A stretch of 64,000 nt of DNA from Bacteroidales bacterium. GTDB lineage: Bacteria; Bacteroidota; Bacteroidia; Bacteroidales; JAADGE01. Shown here piece by piece: positions 48,103-56,797 of the stretch. Each line of letters opens with the position of its first letter. Within the stretch, counting starts at the first letter, position 1. Under the pieces are notes generated by a model. It had not been told where the DNA came from. It saw only the letters and a program-made list of their open reading frames with translations, and did not search any database. The stretch covers positions 20,210 through 84,209 of the forward strand of contig JAIORQ010000100.1 of the NCBI GenBank assembly GCA_021108035.1, given 5' to 3'. Made by a program: the position numbers and the translations under genes.

Positions 48103-48477
48103 TATAGAATAGGTTTAGCATCTTTTATATTAATGTTTGTTTTAGAGAGAGAATTGTCGGAGCTGGTTAAAAAATCATCTGCAATTATCCTTAAACATTT
48201 TTGGCAGAACATATTATCTGTTTTTTTCATCATCCAAGTTACTTTTTCAAATAATTCGACAGGAAAATTATTTATTCTTTGTTCAACATCTATTTCGTTA
48301 ATTATATTTTTTTCTTTTGTTTACAAAAAAGTCAAGGTCTTCACTATATCTGTGATTCAAATAAAACCGGACAAGTGCAGTTCCGCCGGTTAAGTAAAAA
48401 GGCAAATTTAATGTTTTCCAAAAAACAAGAAATTTATCTTGTAGCCGGTATAATTTCGTGTAACCTGTTTTTAACAT
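48102..48477 (-). pseudogene. AbiEii-type nucleotidyltransferase toxin with an internal deletion/frameshift
   Basis: Not in the ORF track. ATG 48477: MLKTGYTKLYRLQDKFL...FYLTGGTALVRFYLNHRYSEDLDFFVN, stop at 48298. A second frame (48317-48102) gives KEKNIINEIDVEQRINNFPVELFEKVTW...DNSL and ends TAATG on the amidotransferase start. Confidence 0.85.
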
Positions 48478-48736
48478 AAAAATAGTTTTTTCGTAATGAC
48501 GGAAATCTTAATTTATTGATTGTTTTATCTGTTAATAAAAGTTTAGCGGTATTTATATCAAATATTTGTAAAACAATAAACCAAGGAAAAATTTCAATAG
48601 TTTTTTTAAACAAACCGTCAATATCATAATGTCCTGCAAATTTAGCCTCGCCTTTTATAAGTTTATCAACTTCTTCGGGTGAGATTTTGTAATCCCACAT
48701 TAGTTGCCGGTATATTTTTTCCTTTTCTTTTTCCAC
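48434..48736 (-). CDS. Small helical protein, probable antitoxin partner of the AbiEii pseudogene
   Basis: Overlaps the toxin start by 44 bp; LMWDY motif. GTG 48736 preferred because TTG 48766 lies inside hisF and upstream of the promoter box. Confidence 0.6.
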   Translation of the reverse strand: MEKEKEKIYRQLMWDYKISPEEVDKLIKGEAKFAGHYDIDGLFKKTIEIFPWFIVLQIFDINTAKLLLTDKTINKLRFPSLRKNYFYVKNRLHEIIPATR

Positions 48737-48744
48737 AATACCTG

Positions 48745-48752
48745 CAAAGTTA
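48745..48752 (-). promoter_or_regulatory. -7 box TAACTTTG whose first three bases are the hisF-like stop codon
   Basis: Forward CAAAGTTA; stop codon at 48750-48752. Confidence 0.55.
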
Positions 48753-49523
48753 AGATATTTTTTCAAAAATAAATTCTTTAAGGTGTTTCTGAGAAGGGTA
48801 ATTAATTAAAACACCTCTGTTTTTGCTTTTGTAAACAAACATTGAACCTGCTGATACTGCTGATGCTCCGCCGATTATTACAGCTTTTGCAAAATCGTCA
48901 ATGTTTGAAGCACCTCCGTTTGCAACAACCGGTATGCTGACATTATCAGAAACAAGCTTTATCAAATCAATATCATATCCGCTAAAAGTTCCTTCTTTGT
49001 CAATTGTGGTTAAAATAATTTCTCCGGCACCGTGATTTTCAATTGTTTTAACAAAATCAGTCAGTTTTTGTTTTACTTTTCTTTTTCCGGAATTAGTATA
49101 ACAAACATATTTTCCGAACAAGTCTTTTTTTACATCAACTGATGCTACAATGCTTTGATTTCCGTATATTTTTGCTGCTTCTGTAATTAATATCGGCTTA
49201 TTGCCGGCAGAAGAATTAATTATTATTTTTTCAACACCAATACTAAAAATTCTTTTTATTTGATCAATATTTTTTATTCCGCCGCCATATCCGAGAGGCA
49301 TAAAACATTCCGAAGCAATTTCTTCAATAATTTGATAATTCGGTTCTTTTTTGAGATTTGTTGCTTCAATGTCGAGAAAAACAAGTTCGTCAATTTCTTT
49401 TTCGTTAAAGATTTTAACAGCGTTTACAGGATCGCCTATGTAATTTGGTTTTTTGAATTTTATTGTTTTTACAAGACCTCCTTTTTGCAATAATAAAACG
49501 GGTATTACTCTTATTCGTTTCAT
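48750..49523 (-). CDS. HisF-like cyclase subunit of the amidotransferase complex (WbuZ-like)
   Basis: RVIPVLLL..GGLVKT..F....YIGDPVNAVKIFNEKE.DEL, MPLGYGGGI, GAGEI, GT..GYD, AVSAGS.FV; context shows it is the polysaccharide paralogue. Confidence 0.93.
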   Translation of the reverse strand: MKRIRVIPVLLLQKGGLVKTIKFKKPNYIGDPVNAVKIFNEKEIDELVFLDIEATNLKKEPNYQIIEEIASECFMPLGYGGGIKNIDQIKRIFSIGVEKIIINSSAGNKPILITEAAKIYGNQSIVASVDVKKDLFGKYVCYTNSGKRKVKQKLTDFVKTIENHGAGEIILTTIDKEGTFSGYDIDLIKLVSDNVSIPVVANGGASNIDDFAKAVIIGGASAVSAGSMFVYKSKNRGVLINYPSQKHLKEFIFEKIS

Positions 49524-49528
49524 ATAAT

Positions 49529-50143
49529 TTAAAATTCGGTCAAAGATTGTTCTGTCAGAAATTTTTTTATCTCATTTTCAGAAGGGTTTTCCGATAAAAA
49601 AGTAACAGGTTCGGAATAATCAATGTCATCGAAATATGATAGTTGTTGATGAAATAATTTTATATTAAAAGCATCTGCAAAAATTTGTTTTGCCCTGTTG
49701 GTTATTTGATTAAGTGTGATTTCTGATTTCAAAATAAAATACATATCTATATAATCTTTCCATTTGGCTCTGCCTCCGAATGCATAGGCTTTCATTGCTG
49801 CCAAATCAAGTAAAGACGGCAAAGTAATAATATCTTTAAATTTGTGTTTGTGTTCTGTTTTAAAAGGAAAATTAAAAAATGTAAGCTTAACTCCTCCGGT
49901 TACAATATGGAATTGGTCATACGCTTCATGTAGTATTGTATAGATAATTTCATTTTTTTTTAGGAAGTTCTTAATACTTCGCCTTTTTACATTTTTATGA
50001 GTAAATAAATCAAAATCAATTGAACGCCTGTGTCCGATGTAAAGAGCAATCGCTGTTCCGCCAACAAGATAATAATCTGTTGAAAAAACAGAAACAACTG
50101 AAAGTAAGTCTGTTTGTTCTTTATTTAAAATTTCAGTGTGCAT
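49529..50143 (-). CDS. AbiEii-type nucleotidyltransferase toxin (appears intact)
   Basis: YYLVGGTAIALYIGHRRSIDFDLF, LAAMKAYA..GRAKWKDYIDMYFI. Confidence 0.92.
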   Translation of the reverse strand: MHTEILNKEQTDLLSVVSVFSTDYYLVGGTAIALYIGHRRSIDFDLFTHKNVKRRSIKNFLKKNEIIYTILHEAYDQFHIVTGGVKLTFFNFPFKTEHKHKFKDIITLPSLLDLAAMKAYAFGGRAKWKDYIDMYFILKSEITLNQITNRAKQIFADAFNIKLFHQQLSYFDDIDYSEPVTFLSENPSENEIKKFLTEQSLTEF

Positions 50144-50408
50144 ATTTTTGAAAATACAGATTAAAAAAATTAGTAACTTGCGGGAAATAATTAACCCTTT
50201 TTCTTTGAGTTTGTTTGTAAAAAATATCAGCTACATAATTAATTTCCAGCAAATTAAACAGTTTTTTTACAGATTTTTCATCCCCGTAATTTAAGATAAA
50301 TTCAACTAAAACTTCGTGGCTTATATCTTGTTTTTTTTCTTCGGGAATATACCAAAAAAGAGATGAATTTTCTTTTATGAATTCTTTTATTTCAGGTGAG
50401 TTTTTCAT
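50133..50408 (-). CDS. Small protein, probable antitoxin of the downstream AbiEii toxin
   Basis: LFWYIP...VEFILNYGD motif; 11-bp overlap with the toxin start. ATG 50408 preferred because TTG 50444 lies inside the promoter box. Confidence 0.7.
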   Translation of the reverse strand: MKNSPEIKEFIKENSSLFWYIPEEKKQDISHEVLVEFILNYGDEKSVKKLFNLLEINYVADIFYKQTQRKRVNYFPQVTNFFNLYFQKYAH

Positions 50409-50441
50409 GTATTTAAAATTAATCACGGATGTTTCAGAATA

Positions 50442-50449
50442 CAAATTTA
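50442..50449 (-). promoter_or_regulatory. -7 box TAAATTTG whose first three bases are the hisH-like stop codon
   Basis: Forward CAAATTTA; stop codon at 50447-50449. Confidence 0.55.
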
Positions 50450-51064
50450 GTAATTTTCAATAAAATTTCTCAACACTTGCATCCCAAATTTATGGCTTTT
50501 TTCGGGATGAAATTGGATTCCTGTGATATTATCCTTTTCTAAGCCGACAGTAAATTCGTAACCATAAATTGTCTTTGCAGATATATCTTCCTCGTTATTT
50601 GATTTCAAATGATATGAATGAACAAAATAAAACCTTGCATCATCGGGCATATTTCGGAATAATTTGCTTTGCTTGTTATATTCAATCTCATTCCAACCCA
50701 TATGCGGAATTTTGTAGTTTTTTGGAAGTTTATTTTTATCAAAGGCAACAGTTTCAGCATCAAACCAAGCAAGACCTTTTTTTTGACCCTCTTCACTGCT
50801 TTTGGTAAATAATTGCACACCGAGACAAATACCAAGAATAGGGTTTTTGTCTTCCAAGACTTTTTTATTAAGTATCGGAATAAGTCCTGAATTTTCAAGT
50901 TGTTCCATTCCGTAGTCAAAAGAACCTACACCCGGGAGTATTAATTTTTCAGATTGCTCAATATCTTCAATTTTACCGGAAATTATTGATTTATACCCGA
51001 TTTTTTTGAGCATATTTTGTATTGAGCGGACATTGCCGGCTTTATAGTCTATTATTGTGAGCAT
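50447..51064 (-). CDS. HisH-like glutamine amidotransferase subunit (WbuY-like)
   Basis: IIDY..GNV.S, LILPGVGSF, ILGICLG.QL, PHMGWN, FYFVHSY, QFHPEKS. Confidence 0.94.
   Translation of the reverse strand: MLTIIDYKAGNVRSIQNMLKKIGYKSIISGKIEDIEQSEKLILPGVGSFDYGMEQLENSGLIPILNKKVLEDKNPILGICLGVQLFTKSSEEGQKKGLAWFDAETVAFDKNKLPKNYKIPHMGWNEIEYNKQSKLFRNMPDDARFYFVHSYHLKSNNEEDISAKTIYGYEFTVGLEKDNITGIQFHPEKSHKFGMQVLRNFIENY
51002..51064 (-). repeat. Copy A of a 63-bp direct repeat (first 21 codons of the hisH-like gene)
   Basis: Matches 52518-52580 with 4 substitutions. Confidence 0.92.
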
Positions 51065-51155
51065 TATATTTTTAGATGTTTTTTAATTGATTATCTATTT
51101 GAATACTGAAAAAAGATGTTTCGATAATTGATTTAATAGAACTTTCTCAATCATA

Positions 51156-52430
51156 TTATTTTTTTATAAAATCAGATAAATTCCATGCCTGTATATGTTT
51201 TATACCGTTTCTTTCGTTAAGAATAATATCGTCTAATGAGATAACTATTTTCGGAAAATTGTCGTTAATAGATTCAAGCGAACGGTATTCTCGGTCTATT
51301 GTTTTTTCATCTGTCATTAAATAAGTTACTTGTATATAAATTGGTTTTGCATTTTTTATTGCTACAAAATCAACTTCTTTATTTCGTAAATACCCGACGT
51401 AAACGTCAAAACCGGCATTTATTAATTGTAAGTAAACAAGATTTTCTAATTTATATCCTATTCCGTAAGCAAAACCTGCGTAAATATAATTTTTGTAAGA
51501 CAGGTCGTTTATATAAAATTTAAAACTGCCTGCCAGCGTTTTTTTTCCGGAAATATTATATTTTTCTGCTTGATGAATCAAAAAGCTGTTTTTCAGATAA
51601 TTTATATAGTTAGCAATGGTTTCGTAACTGGTTTTTTTATTTTTGCTTTTATAATAGTTGACAATATTATTTATAGAAATTAAATTTGATGCGTTATTTA
51701 TAAGAAAACTAAAAATATCTTCAAGCAGTTTGGCATCTTTTATTTTGTATCTTTGAATAATATCTCGCAGTAAAATTGTGTCTTTTACAGCAGTAACATA
51801 GTGTCTTTTAGTCTCTTCATTACTTAAATTAAACAATTCGGGCAAACCGCCTGAATTAAGATATTGCAAAAAACTTTGTTTTGTATTTTGTAACTTAGCA
51901 AAAGTAATATATTCGATATAAGAAAACGGCAATATTTGAAACTCCACATATCTGCCTGATAAATAGGTGGATAATTCTCCGGCAAGTAGTTCGGAATTTG
52001 AACCTGTAATAAATATTTCAAATTCCCGTGTATAATCTTGCGAAAAGGAATTAATTGTTTTCTCCCATGAATTTATATTTTGAATTTCATCTACAAAAAG
52101 GTATATTTTGCCTTCGGGTTTTATTTTTTCAATATATAAATTTATTAAATCTGATAAATCAATGTGTGTTTGTATGAAATCAAAATCGGTAAATTCTTTA
52201 TTAATATACAAAATATTTTTTGCAGGCGTATTATTATTTTTCAAATAACGCATTATTTGTCGTAAAATATAACTTTTCCCGCTTCTGCGTTGACCTACAA
52301 GAACTTTTATTAGTTTATTTGATAAGTAATTTTGTATTTTGGACAGATAATATTTTCGAATAAATCCGTAATTTGTGATATTTTTATCCCAAAAGTTATA
52401 TTTTTTTAATATTGAGATTTTATCAGACAT
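51156..52430 (-). CDS. AAA+ ATPase with a DUF4143-type C-terminal domain
   Basis: Walker A GQRRSGKS, Walker B LFVDEIQ, ITGSNS, YLNSGGLPE, KFYIND, LENLVY..L, EVDFV. Confidence 0.92.
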   Translation of the reverse strand: MSDKISILKKYNFWDKNITNYGFIRKYYLSKIQNYLSNKLIKVLVGQRRSGKSYILRQIMRYLKNNNTPAKNILYINKEFTDFDFIQTHIDLSDLINLYIEKIKPEGKIYLFVDEIQNINSWEKTINSFSQDYTREFEIFITGSNSELLAGELSTYLSGRYVEFQILPFSYIEYITFAKLQNTKQSFLQYLNSGGLPELFNLSNEETKRHYVTAVKDTILLRDIIQRYKIKDAKLLEDIFSFLINNASNLISINNIVNYYKSKNKKTSYETIANYINYLKNSFLIHQAEKYNISGKKTLAGSFKFYINDLSYKNYIYAGFAYGIGYKLENLVYLQLINAGFDVYVGYLRNKEVDFVAIKNAKPIYIQVTYLMTDEKTIDREYRSLESINDNFPKIVISLDDIILNERNGIKHIQAWNLSDFIKK

Positions 52431-52445
52431 GGTTTAAATTTATGT

Positions 52446-52453
52446 CAAAATTA
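52446..52453 (-). promoter_or_regulatory. -7 box (TAATTTTG) of the ATPase gene
   Basis: Forward CAAAATTA, 15 bp upstream of the ATG at 52430. Confidence 0.55.
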
Positions 52454-52517
52454 CAATTTTATAAGCCACAGCAAAAAATATTGTATGTTTTTTTTTATAA
52501 AAAACCTATAAATTTAA

Positions 52518-52580
52518 TTTTTTGAGCATATTTTGTATTGAGCAGACGTTGCCGGCTTTGTAGTTTATTATTGTGAGCAT
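52518..52580 (-). repeat. Copy B of the hisH 5' duplication, a dead stub (MLTIINYKAGNVCSIQNMLKKLNL*)
   Basis: 59/63 identical to 51002-51064, read directly. Confidence 0.92.
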
Positions 52581-52689
52581 TAAGAAATTTATAGAACCTT
52601 TATAGCTTTTTATTAAAATTTGAAAATAATAGTTTAATCAATATCTGTTTTTAGCTTTGTCCCTGTTTTATAACAGACACAGCATTTTT

Positions 52690-53511
52690 TTAGTTATCAT
52701 TTCTTTTATATAGTGCAATAATCCAATAATCTTTTGTTTTTATTTTTGGCCAAAAAGCAAAAATAGTTTTTTTAATTAAATTGAAAAAAACACGATTGTT
52801 AACAATGCCTATTTTTTCCGCATTTGTTTTTATATAAAAATCGACATTTTTAAAACCGCATACCGGACAAATAGGTGCGTTAAATTTATTTTTTAATTTA
52901 TGTGAATGATTTTTTAATTTCATTAGATAATTCAAACCAATATATTTTTTCCCGGAACCAGTAGTTGTAGTAGAAATACAGGAATAATTAAAATCAGAGA
53001 AAAGTATTTGTAAATCATTATTATTATAATTTCTTAAATGAAGATCAACATTAAATATTGTTTTGCAAATTGGACATTTCGTTACATTTTTATCAATTTT
53101 TTCATTTAAAGGAACACTAATTAATACATATTTATTTGAAACCCTAACAAGTTCATTAAGAGCTTTTTTATAATCGTCTACTGTGAGGTGCTCAATTACT
53201 TGTAAACTTGTAACACAATCAAATTCTTTATCTTTAAAAGGAATATTGGTAATGTCACCTATAGCTTTATTTGTTAATACATGTTTTAGCGCAGAATCGC
53301 TTCTGTCTATTCCTGTTATATTAATTTTGGTTTTTTTTTCAAGAATATAATTGCAAAACAATCCATTGCCACAGCCAACATCAAGTACGTTCTTAATCTC
53401 TTTAGGTAATAATGTGTAGGTTTTTTCAATTCTTACTTTATCTCGTTTTCCTAAAACAGAGGGTTTCCAAAATTCATCATTTTCATAATATTCTTTTTTA
53501 AAATCAGTCAT
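52690..53511 (-). CDS. Class I SAM-dependent methyltransferase
   Basis: VLDVGCGNG, GIDRS, GDITNIPFKDKEFDCV...VIEHL; two CxxC motifs in the C-terminal half. Confidence 0.9.
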   Translation of the reverse strand: MTDFKKEYYENDEFWKPSVLGKRDKVRIEKTYTLLPKEIKNVLDVGCGNGLFCNYILEKKTKINITGIDRSDSALKHVLTNKAIGDITNIPFKDKEFDCVTSLQVIEHLTVDDYKKALNELVRVSNKYVLISVPLNEKIDKNVTKCPICKTIFNVDLHLRNYNNNDLQILFSDFNYSCISTTTTGSGKKYIGLNYLMKLKNHSHKLKNKFNAPICPVCGFKNVDFYIKTNAEKIGIVNNRVFFNLIKKTIFAFWPKIKTKDYWIIALYKRNDN

Positions 53512-53569
53512 TTGTTTTGTTTTTTAGTGATAAAAGGGTTTAAAAAGTTGTTATTAGAAGCTAAAATTC

Positions 53570-54712
53570 TTAAAAACTAAATTCTCCGCTAATAATAGAA
53601 ATTGTTATATTTTTTTTGTCAGAGAATTCGATTTTATTAATAAATGAGGCAGGAGATAGATTTTGTAAATAATAATTAATTGAGTTTAGTCTCATTTCAT
53701 TAAGTTTTTCTTTTTCCATATTTAAAGCATTTGTTATACAGTTTTCTAATTCATTAAGATTATTATACATTAAACAGGTTTTCTCATGTTCTAAGCTTGG
53801 ATTAAAAAGCTTATTATATTGAATAATAGGAATAACACCACATGCTAATGCTTCAATAACGTTATGAGAAAAAGGCATTTCAAATCCGGGAGCAGCTATA
53901 ATAAAATTAGATGATGATAAATATTCCATCCAGTTTATAAAATTTATTTTATTTGTGCTGTTACTATCTATTATTACAATAGGAGTAATATCATCGTTTA
54001 GATCTGAGTCTGTTCTTATCTTATCAGAAAACTTTGTTAAAATATATTTCAACAAATCGTTTCTGTTTATTAGTGATTTAAAGTTCTTATTTATGTCATA
54101 ATATGATTTGTGAAAAATGGAACCACCAAACGTAATGGACATCTTCTTTGGTGAACTTCTTGATTTTAATAAATAATTTTCTACTGCTTGTGTAGAATTA
54201 AGGTTCTGTGAAATATAAATAAGTGGATGAAACGGAAAAGGGAGAGTAAACGGATGATTTTTAAAAGCTAATTTATAGTCAATTGTTAAATATTTATTAA
54301 AATTAGAAGGGAATTTTGATTTTGGGCAATCAGTGATAAAAACTTTAAAAGTGTAATTTTTAATTTGTTTAGATGAATATAATAAACGGACCTTTAAAAA
54401 GGTGAAAATATATAAAATATATAAACCATTACAAGAAGAATAGAAACTAAATTTTGGCTTTAGGAATATATCATAACCGGCAAGTCGGTAAGTATTAATT
54501 ATACTAAAAACATAACGATCCTTATGTCCGTCGTCAAGAAGAAAAACTGCAACTTTTTCTGATTGTTTTTTGGCAGATGAATTAATAAAATGTATAAAAA
54601 AAGCATAAAGAGCTCCCGTTGGTTTAAATTGAAAAAAAGCATATTTAAAATTTCCTTTAAACAAATATCTGACAAGTCGTCCAAGCTTTTTAATGAATTC
54701 CATTATTAGCAC
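53570..54712 (-). CDS. Hypothetical protein, possible exostosin/GT47-like glycosyltransferase
   Basis: C-terminal SNFIIAAPG...SHNVIEALACGVIPII resembles the exostosin GT-B motif. Confidence 0.55.
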   Translation of the reverse strand: MLIMEFIKKLGRLVRYLFKGNFKYAFFQFKPTGALYAFFIHFINSSAKKQSEKVAVFLLDDGHKDRYVFSIINTYRLAGYDIFLKPKFSFYSSCNGLYILYIFTFLKVRLLYSSKQIKNYTFKVFITDCPKSKFPSNFNKYLTIDYKLAFKNHPFTLPFPFHPLIYISQNLNSTQAVENYLLKSRSSPKKMSITFGGSIFHKSYYDINKNFKSLINRNDLLKYILTKFSDKIRTDSDLNDDITPIVIIDSNSTNKINFINWMEYLSSSNFIIAAPGFEMPFSHNVIEALACGVIPIIQYNKLFNPSLEHEKTCLMYNNLNELENCITNALNMEKEKLNEMRLNSINYYLQNLSPASFINKIEFSDKKNITISIISGEFSF

Positions 54713-55369
54713 TTATTTTATCTTTTTAATAAAAACGTCCGGTTTATTAAAGTATTCAGAATACTTCACCAACTCCTCTTTAGACAGTTCCCACCAGCGC
54801 GACCTTAACAGTTTATTTCTGGTTTCTTCTTTGAATCGATATTTTATTATTTTTGCCGGTACACCACCTACAATTGCATAAGACGGAACATCTTTTGTAA
54901 CAACTGCACCTGCAGCTATAACTGCACCTGTTCCTATTGATACACCTTCGATAACAACAACATTTGTTGAAATAAGCACATCTGCTCCTATTTTAATCTC
55001 TCCGGTTTTATCGTTTTTATAAGTAGTTTTGTCTTTCCACCCTCTTTCTTTTATATAAAAAATCGGATTTATACTGATATGGTCTAATGCATGGTTTACA
55101 ACTCCTATTTTCACATCAAAAGAAATACAAGAAAAATTACCAATTGATGAACAGTTATTGATATCTGTATTACTTCCGATAAAAATATAATTTCCCATAT
55201 TAATATTCATTGGAATACTTACATTTTTGTTAATTTTTAAACCTTTTTTCTGTAAAAAAGATTTTGGAACATTTGAACGAAGATAGCCGGACTTATATTT
55301 ATAATCCATATACCTTATTCTTAACCGGGTTTTTAAGGGTGTAATTATATTTTGTTTAATTGAAAACAT
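54713..55369 (-). CDS. CatB/Vat-like hexapeptide O-acetyltransferase
   Basis: [12 protein letters not shown]...ISINP, IG.DV.I...V...[35 protein letters not shown]. Confidence 0.9.
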   Translation of the reverse strand: MFSIKQNIITPLKTRLRIRYMDYKYKSGYLRSNVPKSFLQKKGLKINKNVSIPMNINMGNYIFIGSNTDINNCSSIGNFSCISFDVKIGVVNHALDHISINPIFYIKERGWKDKTTYKNDKTGEIKIGADVLISTNVVVIEGVSIGTGAVIAAGAVVTKDVPSYAIVGGVPAKIIKYRFKEETRNKLLRSRWWELSKEELVKYSEYFNKPDVFIKKIK

Positions 55370-55371
55370 TG

Positions 55372-56748
55372 TTATATATATTTATTTATTATTTTTAAAA
55401 GATCAATTTTGTTCAAGGCACTATAAACCATTGGGTTGTTGTTGATTTCATTTTTGAAAATTTTAATCCCTTTTTCACTAAAAATAATTGACGGGGTTTT
55501 AAATAACAAAGCATCTTCAACAACAGAAGAAAAGGATGTTATATTTATCAAGGTTTCAGATAAGGTATCATAAATTTCAGAATTTTTATCCCAGGAAAAC
55601 TGAAGATTTATTTTATTAAGCGTTTTATTTAGTTCGTCTTTTATATATATGTGCCTTGGGTGTATTCTGAAAACTATTTTTATATCCTTTCTGTTTGTGT
55701 TTATTTTTAGCAGCGCTTTAAGAAGAAAGCTGCTTTGCGGTATTGTTGTATTTTGTAACGAAATTAAAATTGTATTTTTTTTTATTTCTTTTTTAGATGT
55801 TTTAGTTAATATCCAATGTTTATGAGTATAATTTTCAATTATTTTTATCTTATGCTGTTTTTGGAAAACTTCGTGAAGCAATGTTTCTTCTTTTTTTGAA
55901 AAAACATAAATTGTACTCGGCAGCAAATTATAACCCCCGGCAGGAATAAAATTCCATGCTCCGTATGCATAGTGCATTTTACTTATAATACTATGTTGAA
56001 TATCAATTGTTTCAATGTGTTTATTATTTGCCGCAGCCATTATTGCCATTCTGCTTGTCATGTAGTAGGCAACAATATAAACTTTTTTTAAAGAAGTGTG
56101 TTTGTTAAAAAAAGAGGTATAAAATTTATAATTTTTAATAAAATATAAATACTCCAAAAACAACGGAAACAATTCGCAATCAGGGAAATGTTCTGTTAAG
56201 GTTTTAGCAAAGCTTCTTTTTTTAAAATTACAGTATTCATTTTTATAAACAGAAAACAGCTTTTTTATTAAAGATATATTATCATATCTTAAAAAGACAG
56301 GTGTTAGGTTTTTAATATTACTTTTTTCTTTAAGATGCGGAAAACTGTATTCTTTTGAATAATTTAATGTTCCTTCGTATATTATCGAATTTTGAACTGA
56401 CAATTCAATAAAAAAAGGGTCTAAATATTTATTATAGTTATTATTATTTTCATACCTAAGCTCGTGGTTGGAAAACCAAATTTCTTCTATGTTTGGATTA
56501 ACATGTAATTTTTCAAACTTTTTAAATTTATAATTTTTTATTGTTGACAAATGAGTTTTTATTGCACTTAATGTGCGGTATGCATTTCCGCGGTATTTTA
56601 TTTTACTTGGGGCATTTTGTAAATTTCTTGATATATACATCTTAAAAATTGGCCATAAATTCCCGTAAGATGAATTGAAAGTTATTATATTTTCTTCTGT
56701 TTCAAACTTTTTTATTCTTTGAAATATATGTTTTTCATCTAATTTCAT
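55372..56748 (-). CDS. Putative polysaccharide transferase (GT-B, sialyl-/glycerophosphotransferase-like)
   Basis: [24 protein letters not shown] pattern; sits next to wzx. Confidence 0.55.
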   Translation of the reverse strand: MKLDEKHIFQRIKKFETEENIITFNSSYGNLWPIFKMYISRNLQNAPSKIKYRGNAYRTLSAIKTHLSTIKNYKFKKFEKLHVNPNIEEIWFSNHELRYENNNNYNKYLDPFFIELSVQNSIIYEGTLNYSKEYSFPHLKEKSNIKNLTPVFLRYDNISLIKKLFSVYKNEYCNFKKRSFAKTLTEHFPDCELFPLFLEYLYFIKNYKFYTSFFNKHTSLKKVYIVAYYMTSRMAIMAAANNKHIETIDIQHSIISKMHYAYGAWNFIPAGGYNLLPSTIYVFSKKEETLLHEVFQKQHKIKIIENYTHKHWILTKTSKKEIKKNTILISLQNTTIPQSSFLLKALLKINTNRKDIKIVFRIHPRHIYIKDELNKTLNKINLQFSWDKNSEIYDTLSETLINITSFSSVVEDALLFKTPSIIFSEKGIKIFKNEINNNPMVYSALNKIDLLKIINKYI

Positions 56749-56797
56749 GAATTGGTTTATTGTAATTGTTTTGGAAAACTTCTTTTAACTTGAATTA

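Noticed and set aside
48750-51064. hisH/hisF as histidine biosynthesis genes
   Set aside because: No other his genes are nearby, and they are linked to an N-acetyl sugar amidotransferase inside a glycan locus, so gene symbols were withheld.
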